From Camelus dromedarius (taxonomy: Eukaryota), in assembly GCF_036321535.1 (NCBI RefSeq), contig NC_087436.1, positions 91,824,001 to 91,888,000 of the forward strand: a stretch of DNA of 64,000 nt, in the 5' to 3' direction. The notes below the pieces were generated by a model. It was not told the DNA's origin. It did not search any database and saw nothing but the letters and a program-made list of their open reading frames with translations. Position numbers and translations under genes: made by a program. Shown here one piece after another: positions 35,896 through 47,000 of this stretch. How positions within the stretch are numbered: position 1 is the stretch's first letter; each line of letters starts with the position of its first letter.

Positions 35896-36380
35896 ATTAC
35901 AGATAATATTATTTGTATAGATTCAAATCCTTCACAAGGGAACACAAAATACCTCCTAATTGTTTCCCCTCAGCAAAACAAATATGTATAAGCAAAGATA
36001 ATTTATTTTATATAATTAATTTTCAGAAATTACTATTGATTTTTTTAAGTGAACTATTTAGAATTTATAATATCAATACCACCTTAAAAGAAAAGTCTTA
36101 CTTTTATGTCTAGAGCAATTTTTACAAGCTGAGATGCCTGTTATAGGAACACAGATGAATATCTGAGTGTCAACACTTAATGGATGCCATTAAAAAACTC
36201 CATTGGTTTGGAACTCTGGTGATTCTACCATTTTGCCATTATAAGTTTATAGCTATTGGTGCTGATTTGTGGAAGCTTTCCCTTTGAGGGTTTTGTGGTT
36301 ATAAGCTGAGGGAAGTGAATTATACTATCATAAAATGCAGAGGGAAGAAAAGAACACCATTTAAATACATGCATACAGAC

Positions 36381-36845
36381 AATGTAGTTTATTAGGGTGG
36401 CCATAATAAAGTATCAAAAACCAGGCAACTTAAAAAATAAAAATGTATTGCCTCACAGTCCTAGAAGCTAGTAGTGAGAAATCAGGCTACCATCAGGACC
36501 AAGCTCTCATGGCCCTATCGGAGAATCCTTCTGTGACTCTTGTAGTGCCTGGCATTTGCTGGCCAACTCTGGCATTTGTTGGTTTATAGATGCGTCGCAT
36601 CAGTCACATGCCCATCTTGCCCCTGTGACTTCACATCATTTTCCCTCTGTGAATATCTGTCTCTGTGTCCAAATTTTCCCTTTTTATAAAGACCCCAGTC
36701 ATATTGGATTAGGATTTCCTTTAATGACCTCATTTTAATTGGATCATCTCTGTAAAGACCCTATTTCCAACTAAGATAGCATTCTGAGGTACTGGGGGCT
36801 AGGACTTCAATGTATCTTTTTGGAGGGACACAATTCAGCACAACA
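36381..36845 (-). mobile_element. MaLR LTR, MLT1C-like
   Basis: 'ccataataaagta...ctcacagtcctaga...tttataaagaccccagtcatattggattagg...aagaccctatttccaa...cattctgaggtactgggggctaggacttcaa...ggacacaattca'. Flanks cagac/cagat. Confidence 0.85.
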
Positions 36846-38513
36846 CAGATTGCACACAAACAGCATATTTTTAACTGAAAGTAAAAGATAATAAAAGAGC
36901 AATAAACACTCCATACATTTGAAGGTGCCGAATGGAAATGTTTGGGGTTTTTTTTTAGCAGATTAGTAAGTACATCTTCAGTGTTAGTGCGTGGGCTATT
37001 TAATTCACCTCCGTGAGCATTATTCTGATTTAGCACTTTAAATCTTGGAAAATGAGCCAAAATCAGCAAAGTGAATTTAACAGAATTGTGGTGAGGTATA
37101 GGGAAGTTGAGTGAAGTGCCAAGTACACTAATAGTAAAACTACAAAGTAGATTTAGAAGTAAGAAAAAACTAAATGTCACACATTCAAAAGAATCTGTAG
37201 AAAAGCCAACTTCAAAGGGATCAACAAATATTATATATAGGAGATTCCTACTTATAACTCAGTTCTTCCTAAAAGGTTTCTTTTACTCCAAAATAAATTA
37301 TCCCACTTTCTATTTCTATTTCACAATAATACGCATCTTTTATGTCACCTTTTTAAACAAATAGTCATTCTAAACATTATTTGAGTAATTTCTGTGTGCC
37401 AGGTGCTATGATCAAACAGAAGTTAACATGACAGAAATATATTTTAATGGGGAAAATGATATTAAGCAAATATTTATAACTGTAATGAATAATCAAAATA
37501 TTATTCAGAAAGGAAGAGGAAAACCTCATCTAGTCTGAAATTTAAAAAAAAAAAAAAAAACAAGCTTCTCTGAGAAGTAGAATGATGTTGATCTAGTTGA
37601 TAAGATCAACTGCCTGGAAGTCTTAATGGAAAATTTCTTGGAGTGGTATTACTGTAGATAAGTACCTGGAAGGATGAGTGAAAGGAAATGCAGTCATCAG
37701 TGGAGAAAAGAAGCCAACCCAAAGGGACCCTGTAGGCTGGGAGTCAGAGAAATAAGAACCCCAACTTTCCCGTCTCTGATCTCCTGATGCCTGCTGTTAG
37801 CCAAACTCAAATGGAAGCCAGATCCACCTCCTAGGGCATAAAGCTGGGGGGAAAATAGTAAAGAGTGAATTTAGTGGGACAATGAGCTAGCCACTACAGA
37901 TGTAATGGAAGAAAATGTGATCTGTAGTGTGGAAATCAATATTCTGAGAAATTCAGGGACTGGATAAAGAAGATGAGAAACCAGCTGATGTTAAGGGGCT
38001 TATCACAGTGCCTGGAACATAGTAAGTACTCAAATAATGGTACCATCATTATTTTTTATGATTATTATTGTTTTAAAATATTATTACCACTGCTGGAAAT
38101 GAGACTTTAAAGCAAGTAGAAGTGCCATCCAGGTAGATTTCTTTCAGGACTGTGTTGGGAATTTAGAGCGACATATTTTTACCAGTATAAACACTGACCC
38201 TGGTGCTAAACTTTTCAGTAAATAAAGAGAAATGACCAGAAAAAAAGTGACTCAATGACCAGAAGGGAGGTAAGTCAAAGACAGAGCTAAATGGATTAGC
38301 CTCAAAGAATCAGGGATTTGCATAAGCTGATCCTTGAAAGCTTGGCAAGGGTTTAGTTGGTAGAGATGAACAGACAGGGAAGTACACAAATTAAAAGGAA
38401 TAAATAATCAAAAATGTAGATATATAAGCTGTCGAAAGGTAGAGTAATTCATTTTAGATAAATGATCAACTGTAAGTAGGAAACATTGGTTTAGGGGACT
38501 TTTTAAGAATTTC

Positions 38514-38978
38514 TTTTTTTTTTTTTAATTGAAGTATAGTCAGTTTACCATGTGTCAATTTCTAGTACACAGCACATGTTTCAGTCATACATACACATAC
38601 ATATATTCCTTTTCACGCTCTTTTTCCTTATAGGCCACTACAAGACATTGAATGTAGTTCCCTGTGCTGTACAGTAGAAACTTGTTTGTCTACCTAGTCT
38701 ACATATAATAGTATCTGCAAATCTCAAACTCCCAATTTATACCTTCCCACCCTTTTTCCCCTCTGTGGTAACCATAAGTTTGTATTCTATATCTGTGAGT
38801 CTGTTTCTGTTTTGTAAAAAAGTCATGGCATATTTATACAATAGAATACTGCTCAGTCATAAAGAAGAATAAAATAATACCATTGCAGGATCGTGGATGG
38901 ACCTGGAGATCATCATTCTAAGTGAAGGAAATCAGAAAGAGAAAGAAAAATACCACATGATATCACTTATATATGGAA
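38514..38978 (-). mobile_element. Lineage-specific L1 3' end with inverted 5' segment (38826-38978 on +)
   Basis: PolyT plus antisense 3' UTR to 38825. The segment 38826-38978 is the reverse complement of what follows in the uninverted copies at about 40730-40885 and 60748-60900. Confidence 0.9.
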
Positions 38979-39283
38979 GGCCTTTAATGTAGTTTATTGT
39001 CATATTTTCCAGGACGTTTAATACAGGTAAGGAATACTGGCAATGGACACAACAGAGAGTCAGTGAATGATTTGGGGAAAGGAAATAATGTGATTGGAGT
39101 AAAATAAACTGTCAAGTGTAATTGGGGATGAAGATTGGTCAATAATATTAGAGGAGGTGATGCAAAGAATGAACCTGGAGGAACTAGCAGAAATTGTATA
39201 GACATTAGGGGGAGAGCAACTTATGCAGAGAGAACAGCATGTACAAAGGCACAGAGATTAGAAATTATAATATTGAATTAAGG

Positions 39284-39415
39284 CAGGTTTTCTTAACACT
39301 GGCACTGCTGTATTTTGGTTCATATAATCCTTTGTTACCGGAGGCTGTGGTGGTCATTTTAGGATGTTTTGCAACATCTCTGGCTTCTAGATAGTATATG
39401 CCAATGACACCCCTC
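39284..39415 (-). mobile_element. MER20-like hAT MITE fragment
   Basis: 'caggttttcttaacactggcactgctgtattttgg...taatcctttgtt...aggatgttttgcaacatctctggcttcta'. Confidence 0.7.
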
Positions 39416-40112
39416 ACAGGTATAGGACCATTCCTTGTTTTTGTGGTTGGGTGTCTTACACTGCATCTAGAACAAAAGACCAAGACCCAGAATTTCTGCA
39501 TGAATCAGATTCATTCTGTGTGGTTTGTATTTTAAAGCCTTTTCTTAGGGGAAAAAAAGAAATTAACAAGAGTTTTTATGTTTGTACAAGACACAATAAT
39601 ATTTTTTATAACTTGAATGCAAAAAGGGCAACAAAAATTCTACTACTCCCTGTGAATTTGAGTGATTTGGAATTTCATCACCAGCGTCTCTAGTAGGAGA
39701 TTAACTACTTGCAGATAATAATGAAATCATTTAAGTGCTGGAATGAAGTATTTGAGAGAGGAAGTCATTGTGAGGCATATAATTTTCTTTTTCTCTCCTA
39801 TTTAATTCCTTAAATATATGGGGAGAAAAAAGTGTAGTTCCTTGAAATTTCCCATATGAAATCTCGTGCTGTTGCACTGACAGACACTTTGCCTGCAGCA
39901 AATATTTTCTTTTCATAACATCCTTCTTGTCGAGCTATTTTTGCTGAAAAACGATTTATTAGAAAGTCTCTACATTTGATTGGTACAGTCTTTAATATCC
40001 AGCCTGAATAAATCACGTTGGCTGGCTATTAAGAGCTATACTAATCAAACGTAGAGGCAAATGCGTTAACTTCTAAGTCTGTGTGAGTCATCATCCGATC
40101 TTCAGCAGGACC

Positions 40113-40293
40113 TCCTGGTCCTGAGTGTGGTCTCTGCACTAACAACATCAGCAGCAATGGGGAATTCTTTGGAAATGCACATTCCTGGCACCTGCCCAGC
40201 ACTGGGAGAAACTGTCAAGGACATGGCCCTGCAAGCTGTGGTTTTACAAGCCCTCCACCAGATGCTGACGCTTCTAAAGTTTGACAGCCGCTG
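40113..40293. mobile_element. MER5A-like hAT MITE
   Basis: 'gtgtggtc...aacatcagcagc...ggaaatgcacattcc...ttttacaagccctcca...gatgctga...ctaaagtttgacagccgctg'. Confidence 0.7.
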
Positions 40294-40349
40294 GTCCCAT
40301 CCACAGTTAGATTTGGATAAATACATATTTTATTCCCAGCCTTTATCCT

Positions 40350-40454
40350 TTCTGTTTTCTTTTTTGTTTTTATTTTTGTTTTTTTGTTTTCTGTTCAAGT
40401 ATAGTCAGTTTATAATGTTGTGTTAATTTCTGGTGTCCAGCATAGTGATTCAGT

Positions 40455-40487
<33 letters not shown>

Positions 40488-41095
40488 ATTCCTTTTCATA
40501 TTCTTTTTCATTATAGGCTACTACAGGGTGTTAAATATAGTTCCCTGTGCTATACAGTATGACCTTGTTGTTTATCTGTTTTATTTATAGTAGTTAGTAT
40601 CTGCTAATCCTGAACTCCCAATTTATCCCTCCAACCTCCCCTTCCCCACCCCATACCCATAAATTGTTTTCTATGTCTGTGACTCTATTTCTTTTTTGTA
40701 AATAATTTCATTTGTGTCACTTTTTTAGATTTCACATGTAAGTGATACCATATGTTATTTTTCTTTCTCTTGCTGGCCTACTTCACTTAATATGACAATC
40801 TTCAGGTCCATCCACTTTGCTGCAAATGGCATTATTTTATTCTTTTTTATGGTTGATTAATATTCCATTATGTAAATATACCACAACTTCTTTACCCAAT
40901 CATCTGTCGATGGACATTTGGGTTGCTTCCATGTCTTGGCTATTGTAAACAGTGCTGCTAAGAACACTGGGGTGCATGTATCTTTTTGAAATAGAGTTTT
41001 CTCTGGATATATGTCCAGAAGTGGGATTGCTGGAACAAAGGGTAAGTTTATTTTCAGTTTTGTTAAGGAATCTCCATACTTTTTTCCATAATGGC
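40350..41095 (-). mobile_element. Lineage-specific L1 3' end with internal (CA)n
   Basis: T-rich tail and antisense 3' UTR/ORF2 end collinear with 60420-61110. Degenerate TSD cccagcctttatcct (40335) / cccagcgtttgtctt (41096), 12 of 15 matching. (CA)n at about 40462-40486. Confidence 0.9.
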
Positions 41096-41112
41096 CCCAG
41101 CGTTTGTCTTTA

Positions 41113-41251
41113 ACAGTGGTTCCTAATCTGGCTGAATATTAGAAAAATCTTCCAGTTCTTTTAAAGAATACCGATGCCCAGATCCACCCCAGACACAATG
41201 AGTCAGCATCTCCCAGGTGAATCTGGTAACCAATGGGAATTGAGAACCACT
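41113..41251. mobile_element. MER5B-like hAT MITE (internally deleted)
   Basis: TIR-like ends 'cagtggttcctaa' and 'ttgagaaccact'. Internal 'ttaaagaataccgatgcccagatccacccc'. Confidence 0.6.
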
Positions 41252-41549
41252 CATCTGCAACAACATAGTTTGTGGTGGGAAGACTATAGTGTCAATGAAT
41301 CTGAATCAGTGTCCTGATCTGAATTTTTATTCATGGTTTAACTCTAGGCAAATCATAAAAGTTGCAGATTTCTCCATCGTGATATTTTGCAATTATCTAA
41401 TGAGTTGAATTATGTGACAACACATTATAAATTCTAAAATTTGCCACTCATGAGTGTTCCAAGACAGGCAGTATCAAATCTTGGCTAGAACTGTAGAATC
41501 TCTGGCCCCACTAGAGACTTGAAATGATATCTGCATTTAAAAAAAAAAT

Positions 41550-42112
41550 ATTTTAAATTTTTTGTACAATTTTAAGGTAACTTTCCATTTACAGTTATTA
41601 CAAAATATTGACTATATGCCCCATGTTCTACAATATATCGAGCCTGTTACACCTGATCATTTGTGACTCCCATTCTCCTCCTTCTATAATGCCCCCTGCC
41701 ACTGGTAATCACTAGTTTGTTCTCTGTATCTGTGAAACTTCTTTTTTGCTGTATTTTTCAGATTCCACATATAAGTGATATACAGTATTTTTCTTTGTCT
41801 GAATTATTTCACTTAGCATAATGCCCTCCAAGTCCACCTATGTTGCTGCAAATGGCAAAAGTCCATCCTTTTTAATGGCTAAATAGTATTCCATTATATA
41901 TATATATATATATCTATCTATATATAGATAGATATATATATATATCTATCTATATATAGATATATATATATATCTATCTATATATAGATAGATATATATA
42001 TATATCTATCATATCCTCTTCATCCATTCACGTGTTGATGGACACTTAGGTTGCTTCTGAATCTTGGCTATTGTAGATAGAGCTGCTATGAACATCGGGG
42101 TGCATGTATTTT
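41550..42112 (-). mobile_element. Cetartiodactyl-type L1 3' end inserted into a MER5-like MITE
   Basis: 'ctttccatttacagttattacaaaatattg...ctggtaatcactagtttgttctctgtatctgtga...gattccacatataagtgata...ggacacttaggttgcttc...gctgctatgaacatcggggtgcatg'. MER5-like sequence lies on both sides (about 41495-41540 and 42113-42160). Confidence 0.85.
41896..42010. repeat. Palindromic (TA)n / TCTATC-GATAGA compound microsatellite
   Basis: TA runs alternate with TCTATC and its reverse complement GATAGA. 41901-41950 is identical to 41961-42010. Confidence 0.95.
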
Positions 42113-44239
42113 TAGTGATCTGTCATTCACACACACACTGTCTGAAAAGCAGTGTTCTAAACCCTGAGGCCAACATAAGGCATCATCATCACACATTAAA
42201 AAGAAAACACTTTTGTGTAAAATTTTTATGTGAAATTCCCTGTGACCCAAATTATGCTTAGCTGTAAATGAGTGTGGGGTGAAAAAAGGGGGAAGAAATT
42301 TAGAATAAGAATTTCAGCTTCACATTTTCACTGCAAGCTTGTACTTCGAAACTGAAAATGAAGACTTTATGAGTCTGTTTGTCCAGCAAGATATAAATGA
42401 ATACAGGTCCCTTTAGGGCTTGCTGGGTTACTAAGAAGTGAGGAACAACTCAAGTTTGAGGAATAGCTCTCTTCATGGATGCTGTTCAGAGGTTGGCAAA
42501 GAGCAGGGTAATATATAGATGAGCTGATGAACAACTGGGAATAGCAAAAGTCTGCAGGAAAATACTTGTCAATAAATGCACATACACATTAGTAGTAGTA
42601 GAAGTATGGACTGTCATAAACAGAACAAGTTTAAACAACACATTATAGATAAATGTCATTGTAATGACATATCAAAAAAAAAGTTCAATAAAGTGGCAGA
42701 AAACAGTCCCTCATATGAGTGCTTGAACATATTGAGTTTGATTTTCTTTAGCAGGTATCCCTTGCTGTTTACACAAGTACTATTATTAAGGCACCAGACA
42801 TGATTCGCCTTGCAATAAAGCTTCTGTTTTCCTCTGCTCGTTGGAGAAAGTAATGAACTGCTGGGTGAACAGCAAGTCTAATAAATACCCCCATACACTT
42901 CAGCTCATCAGTTGTGTAAATTTTATCGACTTACCAGGATCATGTTATTTGGATTTATTGTCTGTAAGGATGAAAGGCTGTAATAAAGGTGAATAAATGG
43001 GTCCCATTGGCCCATAAATAACTGTTCAACCAAAAGAGCTGTGGAAGAGCAACTTGGTTTTCCACCATCTGGTGCATCGGAGAATATTATCAAAGCAGCA
43101 GTAGGTGGTGGTGGGGAAACATCCGTTTCATTTCCATCCTTGGGAAAACAGTAGCATTTGGAAAACACATGCATCCTCTTTCCTGAGCCAACTACCTAAA
43201 TACCATCCAATATAAAAGGATTTATTTTTCCAATATTTTTCTGCTTTAATGAGCCCCATCATGTTGTAGATGGAGGAAGTGTTAGACTGGGAGACTTGAC
43301 ATCTAAAAGGTCCTATTTTCCTCCATAACAGAAAGAGCTCCATCATGAATAATGCAGAGCTCCAAAGTTAGGGAAAACTGCTGGGAAGTTTCTGAGTAAA
43401 ACATGAGTAGGAGCCATGGAATTCTCAGAGGACGTAAAAAGGTCATACCTCAAACCTTAAACTACATGCCCCTCCATGTTAATTAAAGCAGCTTGCATGA
43501 AGTCCTAAAAATTAAGTATTAATCCTTGGAAAGCTCCATTCCTCTTTCTTTTATAATCTAGCCATCCCAAACATGTAAATTGAGCACTGCTAAGCTTCAG
43601 GCGTTTTGAAATCTCATCATCTTGTTTAGGATCATTTTTTTTTCTCTTGCTAAATAAATCTGTCTCCTTAATCAGATTCTGTTCTCTGTAAGTCTCATCC
43701 TTTGCATTTTCACAGGCATAGAATCAGGTGTACAAAAAGTTGCAACTGAATTTTTTTTAACTGGTTCTGTTTTATGTACCTTTTGGCCCCAATCTGATGA
43801 ATGTAGAAAACTGAACAAAGTTATTTTTAGGTCAAAACCTAAATGGAGGATTGAGATGGAGAAGCAGAGCTTACTTCTTGCCACACTCACGTTTAGAAAG
43901 TATCACGTCTAATTTTTCCAAATCTTTTCTCACATTCCTTTATCAAATGCTTATGGTTACCAGCATCTTAGAGAGTAGGGAGTTCACTTAATAAAAAATT
44001 GGTTCTAGTGTAAGATCTGATGGTGTCACTTTATTATTTCAGTTTCCTATATACAAAATATTTGATTAGATCTGATAAAATGTATATTGCTCTTAAGCTC
44101 TAAAGCTCTATAATTATATAGTTTCCAAATCTTCTAAAACTTCATCTATCTATATACTCACTAGTTAAAATCACTTTTAGGAAAGAGAAGAAAAATGTAC
44201 TGCTAAAAGCCCTGTATGTGGCTCTCCCACCAACTTACA

Positions 44240-44430
44240 TTAATTGAGAATTTACTAGGAGTCAGGCACCATTCTGAGCACCTGTTATGTATTATCTTGC
44301 TACATTCATAAAACTCTGCCTCTGTTTTACATGTGGGAAAATTGAGAGTCAAAGATGTTAATTAACTTGTCTATTACCTCATAGTTAACGAAAGGGGACG
44401 CCGAGTTTGAACTCAGACAGCAGGGCCTGC
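44240..44430 (-). mobile_element. MIR SINE
   Basis: 'attgagaatttacta...caggcaccattctgagcac...tgttttacatgtgggaaaattgag...gttaattaacttgtc...gagtttgaactcag'. Confidence 0.65.
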
Positions 44431-45149
44431 ACTATTAACAACGCTTTGCAGCTGTGATGTGCCATCTAAAAATACTTTTGCTTCAATATATGTAAGCCTG
44501 TGTTATAATATTTTGATGTGTATTTCCATCATTTTTATTGTATAATCTAGAGAGCAAGGTAAGGCCCTACAGAGCGTCTGATTGTCTCAGTGGGCTTGGA
44601 GCACTTCAGATAATAAGTTACGTACTCAAGCCAGCTAAGCTAGTCTCTAATAGCATTGGACCTTTTCAGAGAGCAGGTTTTGCTCTTGGAGAAGAGTCTA
44701 CATGATCAGTTAACACAGATATAATTTAACATGTGGTCCCTTCGAGGCTAGTTCCACAATCTAGTTTGTGTCCTACATTGGAGCGCATGTCAATTCTATT
44801 TGATAGGTGTATGAGTAAGAAACACATACTGCTGTGTATTGTTTATGTGCTATGCCTCTTTATGGAGCTCTGCTCCCTCTAATCTGTGGCTCTGACTTAT
44901 TGTCTCAGACTTATTGCCTGAGATGGGAAATAAACCAGTTTGCAGTGAAGAATGTGGGGTCAATGGCAAGCCTCATACACCACTTACTGACAAAATACAA
45001 ATGAGGTGAGATTACCTCATTTGAAGACTAGTGTAAATGGAAGAAAATAGGATGCAAAGGAAGAGCAAGGCTGAAACTTAGCCAGTTTCCCCAAAGGACA
45101 ATGATCCTGCAGCAAAAGTGACAAAAAGTTATCTGAGGAGTTCAGTTCC

Positions 45150-45830
45150 TAGAAAAGAATTAAATAACCAGCTATACCAAAAGAAGTGAAATTCAGCAAA
45201 CTGACAAATCAAGAAACTAGAGTAAGCATAAGGAATAACTTCAAAGGAGTAAGGGAGACTATTAGTAATATGAAGAAAGAATAAGTAGTTTTAAAGAAGG
45301 ACTAGGCAGAAATATTAAATGTGATAAAATATTACTGTTAAATAAAAAAATTCACTGTGTGTAGTGAAGAGCCAAGTAGAGTCGAAGAACAAACTGGTAA
45401 ACTGAAGATCAGAAGGAATCAGAAATGAATATATAGAGGAAGAACACACATAAAAATAAAAGGAGGTGGAAATCTGAGATAGAAATGTCATCATCCATGT
45501 ATTGGAAATCTAGCTAAAGAGAATATTACAAAGGTGGAAAATATATTTGGGATTATCAGAGAAAAGTCATATTACCTTACAAGGAGCACAATTGAGCCTG
45601 ACACGGATTTCTCAATAATAGCAATGAAGGCCAGGAGACAATAGAATAATATCCAAATAATTACAGAAAACAGCTGATATTTTGAAATTTTATATATGGA
45701 TGGGTGATCATTCAAAAACGAGGTTGAAGCAGGCCTTTATTAACAATAGCAATAGAAACAAAGAAAATTTACCACCAACAGACCTCACGAATGAGATTTC
45801 TGAAGGATGAACTTCAGAATGATAGCAGGA
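45150..45830 (+). mobile_element. Ancient L1M/HAL1 ORF1-region remnant
   Basis: A-rich sense strand with 'gtcgaagaacaaactggtaaactgaagat', 'ccttacaaggagcacaattgagcctgacacggatttctca...ggccaggagacaatagaataatat' and 'gaaaatttaccaccaacagacctc'. Confidence 0.55.
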
Positions 45831-46879
45831 GATGAGGTACTATAATACAGACAAGCCTTTTGAAAATCTTTTTCTATCCACTGATCCACACAAGAACTTT
45901 ACCCTTGCCATATCAACACACCACAAAATGCTATTTCATATCTACCTTTTTTGCAAATTGAATATTCTCTCCCTGCTCTCATACATCACATACCTGGTAA
46001 ATTCCTAACAATTGTTACAGTCTCAGTCAAAGCTTTTCCTTTGTTGCCTGAGTTTCCAAACAATTCGAAGCCCAACTGAATAAACCCTGTGCAGACCTCT
46101 ATTATAGCCTGTGTTGCATTCGTTGCCTATTTAATAAATAATTACCAAACAACTATTGTCTCAAGCATGCCTTAAGACACTAAGAAAGCAACCACAGACT
46201 TATGGAGTCTCTGCTCTCATTAAATATTTGTTAGTAAACAGTCACAAATTGTGTTGTTGCAATTAATAGTTACAAAATCTTTTCTATTACTGACGTCTCT
46301 GAGGGCAGGGAAAACTATGACTCATCTTTGGACTCGTATTTCAGTCAGTTGATACTCAGTCCATCACAACCTGCTACATTCATATGGACACGTATGGAGT
46401 GTGAGGGGCCCAGACAGAGCCTCCTAATTATGTTTATTAGTAGAATGAGTCCCGGTCATTCGTGGGCAAGAATCACCACCTTATATCTAAAGGCAGTAGT
46501 CGCGCATCACCTATTCTAGGTGAGTCATTTCGGAGCTACAGTCCACACTTAATACAAATAGGAGAATCGCTCACTAGATAACCTGCTTGCAAGTATCACT
46601 TTTTATTTTTAATCTGCAAATAAAAGCATTACATACTAAGACTTTAAAGCAGAAAGAAAAAAGTTTGCATTATTCAGAATTAGTGTAGTGTTTAGAATTA
46701 TTTAGGATTAGAGAGAAATGCTGTGTTTTCTGCCACCTGGCATGATTTGGGGGAAATCACTTAACTAAGCTTTGTTCTCATAATTTTTAGAAACTGTTAC
46801 TAATAATGGCTGCCCAGTTATTCTTTATAGGACTTTAAGTAGATGGAAAGGAACAGAGAGTGAAAGCTCTTTAAATCTC

Positions 46880-47000
46880 AGTGTAAACAAGAGAGTCCAC
46901 TGAAATGGAAGCTCCAAACAGGCAGGAATTGTTAGCTGTTTGTTCACTTCTGAATTCGCAGTATCAGACCAGAGTTGGCACTGAGTAAATACTTATGGAA
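46880..47000 (+). mobile_element. L2 3' tail remnant
   Basis: 'aagctccaaacaggcaggaattgttagctgtttgttcacttctgaatt...gttggcactgagtaaatactt'. Confidence 0.5.
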
